Assembly: GCF_964204645.1 (NCBI RefSeq)
Contig: NC_134034.1
Coordinates: forward strand, 1,426,072 to 1,490,071
Direction of reading: 5' to 3'
Length of the DNA stretch: 64,000 bases
DNA from: Tubulanus polymorphus
Taxonomy: Eukaryota > Animalia > Nemertea
In this document: positions 1 through 14,469 of the stretch, piece after piece
Layout of the letters: each line of letters begins with the position of its first letter
How positions within the stretch are numbered: the stretch's first letter is position 1
Program-made: the position numbers and the translations under genes
The notes under the pieces: generated by a model
Told to the model about the DNA's origin: nothing
Database searches by the model: none
Seen by the model: the letters and a program-made list of their open reading frames with translations, nothing else

Positions 1-1113
1 AAATCCTCAATCTGGGTGACAACCACCATCGTTACAATGAGAAACCATGGTTATAATTGACAAATTTCAAAATGTTCCCAGGGACTATTTTTCGTCCACG
101 TCTATGAAACCCAGCCCAGGATAATACATTATGCATATTTTTCGTGGAAAGATTTCGAGTTCAATGTTGATTTGACGTTTACTGTATATTTGCCCGGCAA
201 CGCAGGCGGCCGCTAAACGCATGAATACTAAATGAAACGACCATTATTCCGAGAATACGGTCCCCTAATTAACCTGACATCGATGTCGTTATGATTGACG
301 GACCGACCGGTTGTATAACATCATTGTTATCTGTAGACAATGAGATCATATATCATAGGAAATATCGGATAGTTAATCATTTAAAAGGTCAGTTTTACGA
401 TAGGCAGTTCAGGATGAAATGGATGCATATAGTTGCCCTGACGTTTAGCTCTGATTTCAGTTATTGATTTAAAGTTCAATATGAACTACAATTCTAATTC
501 ATTGATGATGAGCTGATTCTGACTCAAGAGTTGACTCTAATTCACAACTGTGGAACTGGATCCTGAGTTCACAGTTAACTCTAACTCACAACAACCACTC
601 CCTCGCCTTCTCCTTCCCTCTCTCCCCCTCTCTCTCTCCCCTCGCCCTTTCCTTCCTCTCTCCCCTTTCTCTCCCTCGCCTTCTCCTTCCCTCTCTCCCC
701 TCTCTCTCCCTCGCCCTTTCCTTCCTCTCTCCCCCTTCCTCTCCCTCGCCTTCTCCTCCCCTCTCCCCTCCCCTCTCCCTCTCTCTCTCTATGATCTTAT
801 CTCTCCCTCTCTTCCTCTCTCCTCTCCCCTGTCCATCTCCTCCCTACCCTTATAGGTCCACCCCTCCCACTCCCATTCTCTCCCGCTCTCCCTTCTCTCC
901 ATTTCTACACCGCAATAATACCAGATTCACGATAATTCATCGCAGACATGCAGGAAACCCCAGCTTATTACTAACAAACTCAATAAAAAGGCTTCAGTTG
1001 TTTTACATCGAATTTGTCTCGTATTTCAATCCACCCGTGTGCATACCGCCACAGACAAAAACATGAAAAGATTTTTCCGTCGCCTCTTTTTTCCTTTCAA
1101 ATACCATTTTTAC

Positions 1114-1251
<138 letters not shown>

Positions 1252-2919
1252 GCGATCTCTGCCATCGGATGGCTTCTTTTTCATCCGTTCGAAAGGAGGA
1301 TGGCTCCGACGAGAAAATCGATCTATCTAACAACGGACGCTCGGAAAACGTAGAAGTTCGGAGGCTGCGAGTATGTATCGATCAGAATTCGAACAATTTT
1401 CTGAGAAAAGCCTATTGTACAATTCGTTTTTGAGGAAAATTTTCAAAAATGAAACCGTCGTCGGTTACTTTAGTTCACATAATGCAAATATTCGGGTTCG
1501 TCAGAATATCGATGATCGTATTTTCGAACTTTTTTAAGTTGGCGAATCCAAAAGGGTTACTTCGTTTTTATTTCAAATGAACTTATACTGCATGGTCCTG
1601 GTTTTTAATCGCTGAAATAAAACTAACTTCCCGCTCATTATTTTTCACACTCGGAGCCAACCACTCGGAACCAGCCGTTCGAGTGTTTCTCCGATAATGA
1701 CGGTGTTTATACGCGTCTGCTGTCGATTTATTCAATTTCCGATTGAAAACTTCCTCAAACAACAGAAACCGTGCGCAAAACATGAAACGTGATTACATCA
1801 GGAAACAGCAAACAGAAAAACAGAACCGACTGAACTCTCACCTCCCCATCCACTCTCCCTCCTCTCACCTCCCCATCCACTCTCCCTCCTCTCACCTCCC
1901 CATCCACTCTCCCTCCTCTCACCTCCCCATCCACTCTCTCTCCCCACACACCTCCCCATCCACTCTTTCTCTCCCTCTCTTACTCGTCTTCCCTTCACTC
2001 TCCTCCTCTTCCCACTCTCTGCCCTCTCACCTCCCCATCTCGGTCTCCGTCTCTCCCCCTCCCTATCTCTGCTCCCCGCCACCAGGCCACCCCACTATCC
2101 CCCTTCAATTATCTAATAATCTGATTTTAGTGTGAGATATTCTTTGTAATCACGTTCGACGAATTAGGAGTATACGGCGCCTTTTTTCGACTCCCCTATA
2201 AGAAACAGCGAAAAGCCGTTAAAACCGTTAAACCGTGTAAATTACGAAATTTAAATCGCATCTCGACGTCATCGTCGTCGTAAACGAAGCGAAAAGAATT
2301 AATTTCCGAAGCCGGAACGATACTTCGTTCTATAAAACGGAGGATAAAATTCAAAAATTCAAATTCAACCGTCGCCCGTAACCGAATCGGCGAGAGATCT
2401 CGCGCGTACACTCGTTAAATCGCGTTAACGGCGAGAATATAAAACCGCCGTGCTTTATGTCGTACCTGACTGATTTAGTGCGGGCCTTCACTACGAAATA
2501 AATTAACTCGGTTAACCGACGTATTTTCGGGCATAAACAAATCAATTTAGCCAGCCGCTTACTCGCCCGCCAATATCCGGTTACTAAATCAATAGTTACG
2601 ACCACCGAGCTGCCGTAAACCGGCGTATATCAACGTCGTAAAATTCGAACTACTTTAGACGCGCTCGGCGCGCGTGTGAAACAAATCGCCTCTTTAACCT
2701 ATCGGTGCCCGTGTGTATTAGTACGCGTTGAGCGTTTGGTTTTCCGATGAAACGGCGATAAAGATAGCGAAGAGTTTATTGGCAGTCGCGGAATACCGGG
2801 GGTCATAAACAAATACATCAATCTCTTGAAATTTGCATATACGCAAATATTGATTAAACGTATTCGGGAAAACGTGCGTAATATCGAATCTGTCGCCAGA
2901 TGGCGCGACTAAAAGCCGA

Positions 2920-3245
2920 TAGATTATGTCCCACCCGTAACGTTTTAGGCGACGAACTACATTTCATTTTTGACTGTAAATTACTTACCGTATTCCGTGA
3001 AAGCTACCTAAATTCTAATACCTTTCGGAATCTTGATGTTTTAATAAATCCAACCTTTAAACTTGCCAAATTTAACAAATTAGGTCTAGATGTATATAGA
3101 TCCCTCCGGTAGTGTGTGTAAATAGTATGTTGTAAATAACGTTTGTTTTGTTTCAAAGTGCTTTTATCTACTGTTTTTGTAAATAATTGTAAATACTGTT
3201 TTTTTTCCTCCATATACCACGGGAATGGTTGGAGTGTAATAAATA
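2920..3245 (+). mobile_element. 3' fragment of a non-LTR retrotransposon (ORF2 C-terminal Cys/His remnant plus 3' UTR)
   Basis: Translation LCPTRNVLGDELHFIFDCKLLTVFRESYL matches the C..GDE.HF...C......R..YL end of many invertebrate LINE ORF2s. An AT-rich UTR follows, ending CCTCCATATACCACGGGAATGGTTGGAGTGTAATAAAT. Confidence 0.65.
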
Positions 3246-3921
3246 TTAGTATTCGCATTCGTTGCGCGATTTAATGACCAGTTACAATATTTCTTCTTTC
3301 GGTGTTCTGCATTGATAATTGATTTACTAAAAGTTGATTCGATTTTGATTAAAATCGAAAAGAAATCGAACGCGGAAGACCGAATGACGACCAGCGACAC
3401 CTGGTTGAACCTTACTTCGATGTCCTACTGCACGCTAGTGACACCTAGAGGATCTTCACTTGCCACAAGCGGAATTACCTGTCCCCGGAACGGCGTTACC
3501 GAGGTTCTAAGCGAGCGGATATCTTTTACTCGAAAGATCTGCAGACATTCAGACATGCGTCGTAAGGTGATCTACGGAGGCAACATTTCTAAATGATAAG
3601 AGCGAGTAGGAGTTGACATTACACATCGACGACAGGTTTAACTTCAACAATGATCGGTACCGGAGTCCGTGCGCACGTAGGTTAGAAATACATTATCTAT
3701 GCCTGACGATCGTGAGTTCAGACACTGGGATATCAAACCGTGTCCGCCCTGGTATAAAATTCCGATATCTATTAGTCTATAATGATGTAGCGGTCGCAGC
3801 GGTCGCCTGGTCAAATCAATCTGATACAGCTAATTATTTAAATTGGACGCAAAACTAAATTGCATCTTGCTGTCCCTGATAATGAACGCGTATTGTCGGG
3901 CCAATCAAGGCGCCGCTGAAT

Positions 3922-4430
3922 GGTGATGTCATAGGGGGCATTAGATAGAGATAGCCAACTTCATTGGAAGGGTTTTTATATTGAATTACTGATCGATGAT
4001 TTAGATGATGTCATAGGTGGATTCGTGGAGGCATCTTTTCTAGAGCTGTCAATGGATTAAAATACTAGTTGACAACTTGATGATGTCATAGGGGGATTTA
4101 CGGAGGCAGACATGTTTTCTAGAAGTGTCTATAGATCAAATCACTAGTAGGACAGTTTGATGATGTCATAGAGGGATTTATGGAGGCAGACATGTTTTCT
4201 AGAAGTGTCTATAGATCAAATCACTGCTAGGTAATTTGATGATGTCATAGGGAGATTTGTGGGTGCTGACATATTAATATCTTAAGTGTCTAGATAAAGA
4301 TAGTAGGTAACTTTATGATGTCGGACATTTATGGAAGGTTTTTAGATCCTAGTAGAAACATTGATGATGTCATTAGGGGATTTGGATCTTGAAGTTCAAA
4401 TCACTTGTAGGAAGTTCGATGAGGTCAACA
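3922..4430 (+). repeat. 79-bp dispersed minisatellite family (GATGATGTCATAGGGGGATTTATGGAGGCAGACATCTTTTCTAGAAGTGTCTATAGATCAAATCACTAGTAGACAATTT)
   Basis: About 6 degenerate tandem units. Confidence 0.9.
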
Positions 4431-4868
4431 TGCGACTGGCAGAGGTCAAGGCCTTAATGATAATGGTGATTCGGAGATAAGAATTTCGTGGAACCGGCTG
4501 CGATCAAATTGAGATCGTATCGAGATATCTACGTGCATGATTTAGATGGCAAATTTAGATATAGATATATTTAGCGCCGGTCTGACATATTCACGCACCA
4601 CGCACAACGCACACGCACTAGGTTGTGTATGACCTGAGATTAGAGTAGAGAGGAATATACAATGACAAAATCATCAAATGATATAATGACATTTATTCGA
4701 GTTTATTACAGTTCCCGAATAAGTAGTTTATTTATTTAACGGTTCGACTTTATTCCGACAGTCGGATCTTCAGAATTACTAGTTCTTTAACGAAATACCG
4801 GGATACATATTACGCAATCCAGACTCTTCATGCGATGTTAGATACCATAAACTAGGAAATGCGGATAA

Positions 4869-5228
4869 CAGTCGAAACCTCGAACTTATATAGCCCGAAT
4901 TGGTGACACTCAAAGAACGCGCGGCTCAGATTTCTATTGTGCGCCTATCGCGCGCTGCGCGTGAATCACTTACGTAATCTTTTCTGTAAATGTGAAGACC
5001 TCGGGGGCATTATGTTCTCTAAAGCCCGATATTATCCCAAATTGCGGACTGTTAATAGGTTGATTTTACGGCAGAGTCGACATGTTTCAACAATTTTTAA
5101 CTGTTCATTTATGAATATTTGAGGACTTATGAACTAAAAATTAGTTAAATTTTTGATACATTTTGAGAAAGTCACAAAACATTTGAGACTGCGTTTACAG
5201 TCGAAACCTCGAACTCATATAGCCCGAG
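4869..5228 (+). repeat. Two direct copies of a Tc1/pogo-like terminal motif ACAGTCGAAACCTCGAACTYATATAGCCCGA
   Basis: Copies at about 4868-4898 and 5197-5227. Confidence 0.4.
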
Positions 5229-5710
5229 TTCATTCTCATAGCCAGGGATTTATAAATTACGAGTCTCGCTAAGTAACAACGGAACTAATGAACTGCAGAT
5301 CCGTCTAATGTTGATTAGTATCGGTATATTGTGTATTCTCAACGGCGCCGATTGTTCCGCTGACCGATACGTGACACGTGATACGCGGGCTGCAGGTGCC
5401 AGTTACGGTGGCCACGTAACGAGTTTCGAGTCACGCGATATTCGTCACCTGTGGCCACCGCCGCCGCCACGCTCTGTTCGGCTCATCATCTGTTTTTTCA
5501 ATGTTTTTTTTTTCATTCGAGGTTCTGTCAAAAACGTGTCAGCTGCATCGATTCAGCGCCGATGAAAGTCGAGAGGTGGCAATCGTTCCTAATGGATCTT
5601 ATTCAATTGTTCATTCCGACTATTCTGTCACCAGGCGGCGCGCCTGTAGATTGTGTCATTACGGATCTCAACTGAAGACTGCGTGAAACCTTCTTTCACT
5701 GTTGCAACAG

Positions 5711-5874
5711 TTAGCGACCCCTAGTGACTGGAATTGGCAACTCGGAGCGCGATGTTAGCGCCCCCTAGTGACTGATTACTTACAGTGAGACATGGATTGA
5801 CAACTTGAAGCGTGTGCCCTCTAGTGACTAGAAATGAATATTCAGCAGGGCGACATTCAACGCCCTCTAGCGAC
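5711..5874 (-). promoter_or_regulatory. Cluster of four co-oriented CTCF-like motifs
   Basis: Minus strand: GTCACTAGGGGTCGCTAA (5728-5711), GTCACTAGGGGGCGCTAA (5772-5755), GTCACTAGAGGGCACAC (5828-5812) and GTCGCTAGAGGGCGTTG (5874-5858). The intervening spacers are unrelated. Confidence 0.55.
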
Positions 5875-6438
5875 AAGAGTGGCAACCTCTTGGTGAAGCC
5901 TGCTTTCTTGAGAACGATAAGAAAAATGATTTTCCGAAGTTTTTTCAATGGAAAAGTCTTGAGCGGTTGAGATGGGAGACTTGGCGGCACTGAAAAAAAC
6001 GATCTCTTCAGATATCACAATCGACAGTTTCATCTGCCGTATCCGAGTCCAACAATCCCTCTCTCTCTCTCTCACTAGGAGATCAGTACGCCGCGCTACT
6101 TGACAACCGCCTCGGGCCAAACAACACCCGTTATAATTAACAACAGCGTGTACCTACGCGATGATTGAGGCTCACACGGTTCGCGCGAGCGGCGCAGTGA
6201 TATCATACTGGTAATAATTGAGAGATGGTTTTTATCTGGCGTTTGTTGACTTTTAGCTGAAGGCTCTGATTTTCTGAAGGTGCCATTGAAAGTAGAAAGC
6301 GCCTCATTCTCTCTCTCTCTCTTTCGTCGCTGGCGCCGGGTTCTTCTCTTCGTACTGATTCACGAGTGAAGTTCGACGCGGAAGTGAGATGATGATGACG
6401 GCGGTCAAGAGGAATCACTAGAGGCTGATTTAAAAAAA

Positions 6439-6439
6439 G

Positions 6440-6528
<89 letters not shown>

Positions 6529-7300
6529 AGGGAGAGGGAGGGAGGGAGGGAGGGAGGGAGGGAGGAAGGGAGGGAGAGAGAGAGAGAGAGAAAGGGGAGA
6601 GGGAGAGAGAGAGAAAGGGAGAGGAAGAGAGAGAGAAAGGGGAGAGGGAGAAAGAGGGAGGGAGGGAGAGGGAGGGAGGGAGGGAGGGAGGGAGGAAGGA
6701 GGGAGAGAGAGAGAGAGAGAGAAAGGGGAGAGGGAGAGAGAGAGAAAGGGGAGAGGAAGAGAGAGAGAGAAAGGGGAGAGGGAGAAAGAGGGAGGGAGGG
6801 AGAGGGAGGGAGGGAGGGAGGGAGGAAGGGAGGGAGAGAGAGAGAGAGAGAAAGGGGAGAGGGAGAGAGAGAGAAAGGGGAGAGGAAGAGAGAGAGAAAG
6901 GGGAGAGGGAGGGAGAGTGTCAGTGAGTACGAAATATAGACGGAATGTGGGTGCAAGATAAATAGTCAGAGAGGGAGGGAGGGAGATAGGGAGGGAAAGA
7001 GGGAGGGAGGGAGGGAGGGAGGGGGGAGGGAGGAATGGATGAATGGAGGGAGGGATAGGGAGGGAAGGAGGAAGGAAGGGAGGAAGGATTTTTTAATTAA
7101 GAGGGTGAAGCAGACAAGGAGACGAGGAAGATAGGAGAGAGTTTGTGATAGTAGTAATGAGGGGGGCAGCCAGTGAGAGAGAGAGAGGGGAAAACGAATG
7201 AAGACAGAGGTAGAGAGAAAGAAGAGGGAAATTTTAGGGAGCAGAGATGGAGGAGAGAGAAGGAGTGAGAGAGAGAGGGTGGGAGAGGGTAAGAGTAGCA
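6439..7300 (+). repeat. (GA)n microsatellite and polypurine tract
   Basis: Direct reading; internal duplications of the GA/GGGA pattern. Confidence 0.95.
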
Positions 7301-7920
7301 GAAAGGAATTTCTGTTGTTGAATATCTCATAACGGGCCGTCATTATTGTGATCACATGTGGATAAAACTATTGAAAACAAAACGATGCGATCCACCGCAA
7401 ACACTAGGCATCATAGCAAACGATGATTTAGAACGATATAAAATGTCTCTGGGTCAAAGTCGGTTGTCAGTGCAGCTTAGGTAGAAATCGGTTTTTTTTC
7501 ACCGGGATAAATTACGTCATTCGTCGTCTGCCGAGATGACGTAGTTCCGGCGAGTGCCCGGATTTAAAACATCAGAGCCGTTGAGGTTTAAATTCGGGCG
7601 TCACTAATCCGCGGCTACGGACGAACAACGCGTAGAAATAAAAGAGGGAACGAATAAAGGAGGGATTGTTTGATTGGCAAACTAAGGGGAAGAAGAAAAG
7701 TGCAATGGTTTGAAAGATGAGTTCTATCTCTTGTTGTCGTTGAAGCCGGGGAAGATGCGGTTCTTTGAAAAAGACCTCATTAGTAATTGATCAAAAGTAT
7801 AACATCGGGGTCGAAATGTTATTTAGGTCACGTGTGCATCGTTTGTTTTTTTTTCATTTGACGCGGTTTAGAATCTATTGAAACATTTCATAAGTATAGA
7901 ACAAATAAGTCAAACTAAAT

Positions 7921-8385
7921 ACACACAACTGTGGAACAGGGTTTAAGAGTCAAATTGAACACACGCAACTGTGGAACTGGGTTCAGAGTCAAATTAAACC
8001 CAACACAACTGTGGAACTAGGTTCAGAGTTTAAATTGAACACACACAACTGTGGAACTGGGTTCAGAGTCAAATTGAACCCACACTACCGTGGAACTGGG
8101 TTCAGAGTTCAATTAAACACACACAACTGTGGAACTGGATCCAGAGTCTAATTAAACCCACACGTATAGGACTGGGTTCAGAGTCAAATTGAACTCACAC
8201 AACTGTGGAACTGGGTTCAGAGTCTAATTGAACCTACACAACTGTGGAACTGAGTTCAGAGTCAAATTAAACCCACACAACTGTGGAACTGAGTCCAGAG
8301 TCAAATTAAACCCACACAACTGTGGAACTGAGTCCAGAGTCAAATTAAACCCACACAACTGTAGAACTGGGTTAAGAGTCTAATA
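7921..8385 (+). repeat. 39-bp minisatellite family (CCACACAACTGTGGAACTGGATTCAGAGTCAAATTAAAC), about 12 units
   Basis: Direct tandem periodicity. Confidence 0.95.
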
Positions 8386-9502
8386 AGTTCCAGTCAGTGG
8401 ATCTATGAAAAAAAACCTGGTTTTTTATCTAGAATCAAATTGAACAATAGCGTCTACGCATCCACCCCCAACAGATCTTCAATGATTCCTCGAATTTCGA
8501 CGAATTCCTAGAAGAGAATTCGCCCTTCGCAAAAACGCGCGCCAAGAAACTCTAGGTCTCTCGCTGTATTCGTCATTCCGCGATATGAATATAGAATTCC
8601 GACAACCGTTCGCTCGATGGCCTCAACACTTCAGGTGCGTGGTGTCGAGAGCCGTTTGACATTTCGCCATTTTGTTGCGCTTAAACAGATCAAAATATAC
8701 AGGGCAAAATATCCTGTTCACGGTCGATACTTTTTACGACGATGATAAAAAACTAAATCTACGTGTTCGTGACGTGATTTCGTGGGCTCCGTCGCGATTC
8801 ACAATGAACTTAAAGCATTTTTACTTACTCACATGGCATTTTTGGTTCATGAATCTTCATCTATGGCATTATTACTTATGGACTATGCTGCTGGCATTTC
8901 AGCCATGGTAAGCTGATATTTTTAACTCTGTCACTATCGTTTCATTACAAACTACGCATCGCTCTTGACCCATCCCCTCAATACTACTTAAATGACTATC
9001 GAACTGAATGGATAAGACAGAAGTTCTATCATCCACAACTCTACGATGCTTCATTCGCGCTCTCATCCTGGCGTCGATCGCCAGTTCGGCCCATCGGATC
9101 CAGTCGCCAATAGTAACAATTTCTAATTATCCATCATATTTATAGTCATCTCTAGAGCTACTTAGCTCTGATAATAATTCATTATTACTTCGCAATCTAT
9201 TTCGGCCCCCGAAGCTATTAGCGATTTTTTTCCTCCGTCGCGCAGAGCGATGGATGACCGCTCTCGGCAGACGGCGAAATGGCGTTAGACATCAGAGAAA
9301 ATACTTATCGGACACTCAGGAAAAGTATTCGCTATTTCCGGCGCCCCGGTTGAGCTGTCGTCGACGGAGCTAAGCTCGGCGCTCGTTTAGAAACGGTACG
9401 GACACATCCGTACGGTGACGTCATGAGTATGATCGGACATCGACAAGAATCACTCCAGTAAAAATGATGAGATATCAATAATATCAATGTTGTCTGCTTC
9501 TG

Positions 9503-9756
9503 CAAATCCCCCTATGACATCATTAAGCGCCTAGTCGTGGTAAAATGTATAGACATTCCGAGAAAAGATGGCTTCCTGTAGAAATCCCCCTATGACATCA
9601 TCAAATTATCCGCAAGCGATTTCATAGGCGCTTCCAGAAAACATGCCCGCCTCCATAAATCCCCCTATGACATCATCAAATTGTCTACTAGTGATTTGAT
9701 ATACAGACAGGTTCAGAAAAGATGTCCGCCTCCATAAATCCCCCTATGACATCATC
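9503..9756 (-). repeat. 79-bp family cluster
   Basis: AAATCCCCCTATGACATCATC units. Confidence 0.9.
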
Positions 9757-10182
9757 ATTGGGGAGGGAGGCGAGTAGGAGTGAAAGCTGTCAATGTCTGA
9801 TGAACGGGGGATATTGCCAATAAAAAGTAGTGCGTATTATACATAGTGACACAGTGTTCGATGTATCGATGCGCGCACACAATAGATCTGTCAACAGAAT
9901 CGAGGTTTATTGAATCTTGAGGGATGTTTGATTTCGACAGACCAGACAGACAGACAGGCAGGAATCGGGAGTTCGGCGCTACCGGCGATATCAATCAAAA
10001 CGCAGACGACAAGCACAAGACGCCGGTCGACAAGCCGACACGTAGACCGACAACAGAAAAAACATATTGCAATGTTTACACCGCTTTCTACACAGGGATC
10101 AGTTTATACAATTCGAACTGCTTCCTCTATTGAATCTTTCCCGCTGAATTTCGTTTTTGATCTTTTGAATTTGCAAAAAGCG

Positions 10183-10640
10183 AGCTTTAATTTCATCGTC
10201 TTTTCTTCGCGTCTGGTCGCGCGGGGTCTATTCGACTAATAGGTGGTGCTAGTAGTCATCAGTCGATATAACTTTAAATTCGATGATTGAATTCTATTTT
10301 TCTATATTTAAAATGTGTACGATGTGGGTTTTAATTTCATCGTCTTTTCTCCGCGTCTAGTCACGCGGGGTCTATTCAACTAATAGGTGGTGCTAGTAGT
10401 CATCAGTCAATATAACTTTAAATTCGATGATTGAATTCTATTTTTCTATATTTTGAATGCATACGATATGGGTTTTAATTTCATCATCTATTTTCCACGT
10501 CTGGTTGAACGAGGGGCTATTGTACTATTTCACTGGTAGATGGCGCTAGTAGTCATCAGTCGATATAACTTTTGATTCAATGATGGAATTATATTTTTTC
10601 TATATGTCCACGAGGAGGGTTTTAATTTCATAATTCTTTC
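10183..10640 (+). repeat. About 144-bp tandem triplication
   Basis: TTTAATTTCATC recurs at about 10186, 10330, 10474 and 10621. Confidence 0.85.
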
Positions 10641-11789
10641 CAAAAAGCGTGAAACACGTACGAAATCAGAAAATGACATATTATCATACAGCGGCACGAA
10701 TCAGTTCTCGATCAGAAGAAAATTCAAAAGAAAAAAAAAGGATAACAAAACAAATTCGTTTTAAAGTTTAATCCGAATCGATTCTGAAAGTCGCCAATAA
10801 AACGAGAGGAGCATCTTTTTATCGCGTTTGATGTTCGCCGCCTCTCACCAACATCAGACAGACCCATTAGCGCCATTTCCGGGCCCCCTGCGACGACTAT
10901 TAATGATTGGAGGACGATTATTTCGAAGACTTCTCTTCGCGGACTGACTTCGCATTTTTATAGTTATCTTTCAGCCGCGCTGTCTTTTTGGTTATTCTTA
11001 CTTTTGCCGATTTCTCGATAGAAAGTGGAGGCTCCAAAGATTCGAATTGGTGCGTCACGCACGACCGAAAAAATCTTAGGGGTCGCAACGCCACCTGTCG
11101 GTTAACAGACGACCATGAAGTTATTTCAACGAATTGAAACCGTCGAAGTCAAAGTTACAATTGGCGCAGCGCGATCTCAGCTTCAGTTACTGACCTTACA
11201 GCTTTCTCCTGCTGCAAGAGCCCTCCTCCTTCCCTCTTTCTGCTCTCTCCCTCTTTCTCTCCTGTCCGTTCCCCCTCCCCTTCTTTCAACTTCCAATGCC
11301 CTATATATATCTAACCCTCTCCCGCTCCCCTCACCATGCCCTATATCACTCCCTCCCTCTCACTCTCTCCCTCTCCATTCTCACTGAACCACATCGGTTC
11401 CGTTTTTTTACCGCTTACCGATAAAATTCAACGTCGAACGCGTAAACTCTTCGACGAGCGCGCGCGGCCGCAAATCATTATCAGAAAAAAATAGAGAATA
11501 GACTAACGGAATAAAATACTCACTATACCCCTAGCTGGAACGACCGTAAACGCGAACGACTCGAACGTCGTCGATTCTCGGTAACCGTCAATTAGGCAAA
11601 ACAGTCATTTGATTAGCAAGTCAAACATCGTATAGTGGTTTAAATACCTCGCGTCGAACGCCGGAACATCGAATACTCATTAAATATTAACAGCGCTACA
11701 GGAAATCAAACAACGGATAAAACTATGGGTTTAATTACTGCACCAAACAAACGTCACGAGAGAGAGAGAGACTGTCTGATGACTAGTTG

Positions 11790-11854
11790 ACTTATTGACT
11801 GGGTGGCTGGCTGCTGGCTGGTTGGTGGGCTGACCTGGATAGCCGAATCACTGA

Positions 11855-11900
<46 letters not shown>

Positions 11901-12180
11901 AGCTGGCTGGCTGACTGACTGACTGACTGACTGTCAGACCTTGGAGTAACTCCAAGGTCTGACTGACTAACTGATCGACTGGCTGGTTGATTGGCTGACT
12001 GACTGACTAGCTGACTGAATGGCTCGCTATCTGGATGGCAAGCTGGCTTGCTGGCTGGTTAGCTGACTGATTGATTTTTGAACTGGTGAGCCTAGGAACT
12101 AGCGAGGCTGGGAACTGGCGAGGCTTGGAACTGATGAGGCCGGGAACTGGTGAGACTGGGAACTGATGAGGCCGGGAACT
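11790..12180 (+). repeat. (GGCT)n/(GACT)n microsatellite followed by a 16-bp GGAACTGRYGAGGCY repeat
   Basis: Direct reading. Confidence 0.85.
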
Positions 12181-12704
12181 CGCATTTCGATACATCGCGG
12201 CGACAGCGTTATCAAATTACGGTTTAGGATCGGTGTACACTACTAAACGGCCGTCCGAAAGAATAACGTATTGAGTATCGTCAGAAAACGATAGTAACCT
12301 TATAGACTGGTGCCCGCGAACGCGCGATCGAAATTATGACAAATGGCGTGACGCGGATGTGCGCGGTAACAATAGCGGCAGAGACGACAGAATGATGAAA
12401 TCTAGTAACGAATCGCCCATCAATAACGACGCGCTATTCATTCCCGCGTACCGGTATATATTTCCTACGACGTCGGCCGAACTCAGTCTCTCTCCGCGCG
12501 CGACGACCGAACGGTGACAACATGCCATAACAAAGTGACTAAATTTGATGAATAGGTTCTTTACATCGAGACAGCGTGTGCGTGAAATCTATCTGTGCCC
12601 ACTTTTACTAATGACAAGAATTTGTAAAGCTCGCGTTCACGAGTGTGGGATGGGGATCTGCTTGGGGATTTATGGGGATAGCCATCTCTCATAATGTCAG
12701 TAAA

Positions 12705-13100
12705 TGATGTCATAGGGGGATTTGTGGAGAGGTAGTTTCCTTGTACTTCCAACAATCAGATCGGTAATTTGATGATCTCATAGGGGGATTTATGGACGTA
12801 GACATCTTTTTCGGAAGTGGTGTCTTTAGATCAAATCAATAGTGGGCAACTGAATGATGTCATAGGGAGAATTATGGAGGCAGACATCTTTTTCGGAAGT
12901 GTCTATAGATCTAATCACTAGTACACAATGATGTCATAGGGGAATTTATGGAGGCAGACATCCTTTCTGGAAGTGTCTATAGATCGAATCAATAGTAGAC
13001 AATTCGATGATGTCATAGGGGGATCTATGGAGGCAGACATCATTTCTAAAATTGTCTATAGATCAAATTAATAGTAGACAATCAGATGACGTCATAGGGA
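12705..13100 (+). repeat. 79-bp family cluster
   Basis: About 5 units. Confidence 0.9.
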
Positions 13101-13924
13101 AATAGGAGTTTGAAATAAAAACGGTTTTGTAACACGTGACGGTGAGCTGTCAGACGATCGCGTCGGTTTTGTGTCATATTGTAATAAAAGACGCGGCTGC
13201 TGCTGTTCGGCGCGGTGTGGGATGGGATTCAGTATCCATCGGGGACAACAAGAAATATCTCTTCTTTCCGCGTCTTCCTCCGTCGAGAGAGAGAAAGAGA
13301 GTGAGAGACGAGAGAGACGAGAGAGGGAGAGAGAGAGGGAGGAGAGGGAGGAAAACAATCAGGATATTTTGACATTTGACATATTGTAGATATAATGTCC
13401 TGGTATCAGTGCAGTAGATCTACGCGTTTCCACCACAGCGAGCTAGTGGTACTCGAACGAGCCGGCTCACAATCACAGGGTCTCTCTGATTCCACATTCG
13501 ATTCCACCCACCGTGAGGATCGGAATTTCACCGATCCAGTTCCACATTTTGTGAGTCGGAGTGAACCCTGAGAGTTAGAATCAGTTTAATTTTCGATGTA
13601 CAAACTCAAATCTGGAATTCAGAATTGCGGAACTGAGTTCTCAGTGTTTCACGAGACAAACGATTCTATGATTCAAAGAAGTTAGGCCTGATCGACCCTT
13701 CTCGAAGTCTTCAACGACCCAGTTATAATAAGTACTAGAATATGACGACCTTCTCATTTTCAATGACTTCAACGATTCAGTGAAATTATGAATAGTTACT
13801 TTAAACGTCAAAACGTATTCAGTTTCGTCGCCGGTATAGTGGCGTCATAACGATGACTCAGCTAGTTGTCGTTTGTTCGGCTGTTTGGTCATTGTATTGA
13901 AAATTCCACCGTAAAAACCAAGAT

Positions 13925-13996
13925 TCCTCGGTAGTATAGTGGTGAGTATCCGCGCCTGTCACGTGCGAGACCCGGGTTCGATTCCCGGCCGGGGAG
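13925..13996 (+). tRNA. tRNA-Asp(GTC)
   Basis: TCCTCGGTAGTATAGTGGTGAGTATCCGCGCCTGTCACGTGCGAGACCCGGGTTCGATTCCCGGCCGGGGAG, 72 nt. Full cloverleaf, A and B boxes, and a T5 terminator 2 nt downstream. Confidence 0.97.
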
Positions 13997-14469
13997 GCTT
14001 TTTACCAAACTTTTTCTTTCGCCGACCAGTTCTAAAGGTTTTCGGTGTCGTTTTAGACGACGATCGAGGGGAGATTATTTTTGGTCGGATTCTATTTTCA
14101 CAAATTTTCATAGAATCTAGATTCACAATTTGATTCTACGTAACGCAACTAATGCGCCAAAACGAGTGATAACTCTTCCTCCCGCGGAGGCGACAATCCG
14201 ATGCGATAACTGGCGACGCGAAAAAAAATTGCCTGAATAAAAAAGATGTTTGTTTATTAGGTCGAGTTGAAACGGGTACTTTATTGATGATCGCGCGCGA
14301 CACATCGTTGTTTTATGAGATCAATAGAGAAGTCACCCGCAGTGAGTCCCGTAATAAACTTGAATTCGTTCCAACGCTGGGAGAGAGATAGACAGTTACT
14401 TAGTCGGGTAGGCGGTGGCTGTCAGATCGACTGAGAGATACGGGCCAACGCCTACAACTGTGGCGATCG

